NCBI RefSeq assembly: GCF_004010195.1
Contig: NC_057718.1
Span: 56,492,174 to 56,556,173 of the forward strand
Length of the DNA stretch: 64,000 bases
Source of the DNA: Chiloscyllium plagiosum
Lineage: Eukaryota
Reading direction: 5' to 3'
The notes under the pieces were generated by a model that was given only the letters and a program-made list of their open reading frames with translations, was not told the origin of the DNA and did no database searches. Positions within the stretch are counted from its first letter, which is position 1. Every line of letters starts with the position of its first letter. Made by a program: the position numbers and the translations under genes. Of this stretch, positions 62,403 through 64,000 are shown piece by piece.

Positions 62403-64000
62403 TATGTCTCTGCATCTACATGACCAAGCCCCCCAAGAATATTTAATATTTCAATAATTTCTCCTCTCATTCCCCTAAACTCCAATGAGTACAAGGTCAA
62501 CTAACCCAACCTCTCCTCATAAGAGAGACTGCTCCATACCCAGACCCAACCTAGTGAATCTTCTCTGGATTGCTCCCAATGCAATTATGTATTTCCTTAG
62601 GTAAGAGGACCAAAACTATTTACAATAATAAAGATAGGGCCTGACTAGTGCCTGGCATTGTTTCAGCAATATCGACCCATTTTTATATTCCACTCTTTTT
62701 GAAATAAACGTTAACATTCAATTTGCCTTCCCTCCTAACTGCTGATCTTGGATACTAGGTTTTTGTGATTCATGTACAAGGACCCCAAATCCCTCTGTAC
62801 TGTTCTGCAATCTTCTCCCATTTAAACAATATTCAGCTCTTTAATTCTTCCTGCCAAAGTACATAATCCCTCACTTTCTCAAGGAAGTGAATTACTGTAC
62901 TATGTTCAAAGAGGAACACAAGAACATAGGTCATTCAGCCAGTCAAACCTCTTCTGTAACTCAATTTGATTATGGCTCAACATCTACCTCAAAGCAACTT
63001 TCTCAAACTATCTCCATATGCCTGGATGTCACTAGCATCCAGAATCTATTGATTTGCATTCGAAATATGCTCTTGTTTGAGGTTCCACAGCCCCCTGGAG
63101 TGAAGAAATTCAAAACATTTACCACACGCCAAGAGAAAAAATTCCTTTTCTTCTTAGTCTTATGGTCTACTGTTTATCATGCAACAAAATCCCATGGTTC
63201 TAAATTCAGCATCCATATGAACCATTTTTTCTTATTCAAGACGTCATGTCCTCCAATGTACCTCGTTACAACATCTATGTAATTCACATTTCACATACGT
63301 ATCTCTGTGGAGTATGTTTTTGATTGTACTAAAAGGAAAGAGATAATGATTTTTTTGTAGTTTTAAGTATATGTTTCCTCGTACGGCAGTGTTTAGTCAT
63401 TGGTCATCGGAGTTTTTTTTGTTCGAGTAAAAAGTCGTAAACCCTGAATTCTTGTTGTGCCACATTTCCAGCTATTAGCTACAAATGAGACTTTAGTCTT
63501 AAAAGTTATCAGTCCCTACATAGTTTGTAACAAATCGAGGCCTACCTCATATCCTTAAACTATGACCCCTGGTTCTGGACTCGCAGTCGTTGAGAACATA
63601 CTTCCCAAGTTTACTTCCCCTGACTAATCCTCTTAGCATTTGATAGGTTTATATGAAATCCCTCTCATCTTTTTCCAAAATCCAGTGAATAAAACTCTAA
63701 TCCAGTCTCTCTTCATATATCAGTCCTGCTTTATACTTAATGCAACCTATAGACATGTTCATGTAGTCTCCAACAGCTTGCACAATAAGCACAGGTCCTA
63801 TTACACTTGTCATGCCATTATGGTGAATCTTGCAGGACTGGAAGGGCCATAGTGGAGGAAGTTGTGTGGTCAGAGACAAAAGTGGAGTTAAATGGTGAAG
63901 GTGGTGTGGGGGAAGGGGTGAGATTGAAGATCACACCATGGGAGCACAGATGAGAGAGGGAGCAATTGGAAACACGGGTAGAAGACCGTGGCTTTCAGTA

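Overview
Vertebrate genomic DNA, very probably a shark or other elasmobranch, judging from the HE1/V-SINEs, shark-type CR1 LINEs and a Deu-domain SINE. The minus strand carries 12 consecutive coding exons (equivalent to exons 2-13) of an MSK-family kinase gene (RPS6KA5/MSK1-like), all with GT-AG junctions and an open frame. Exon 1 and the 3' exons were not found in the window. The introns are full of CR1/L2 LINE relics, SINEs, Penelope-like elements (PLEs) with hammerhead-ribozyme-like termini, Tc1/mariner-type MITEs and a Gypsy relic ending at RNase H. The main feature is a complete ~9.8 kb endogenous retrovirus (44694-54524, + strand, antisense to the host gene). It has paired LTRs (~95% identical by hand count), a CACC target-site duplication (TSD), a tRNA-Pro-like PBS, a PPT, and splice donor and acceptors. 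Its genes look mosaic: an orthoretrovirus-like gag (Gly2, PSAP, CCHC), an in-frame pro-pol with a spuma/class III-like RT and two RNase H-type domains, and an env with no gamma-type ISD/CX6CC motif that resembles the foamy-virus TM / paramyxovirus-F / lokiretrovirus type of fusogen. Two local templated copies are also visible: a 164 bp piece of this gag inside a SINE, and a 21 bp copy of host exon 3 at a LINE deletion junction. There are two assembly gaps (22971-23470, 51185-51413). Family assignments come from motif recognition only; no database searches were run.
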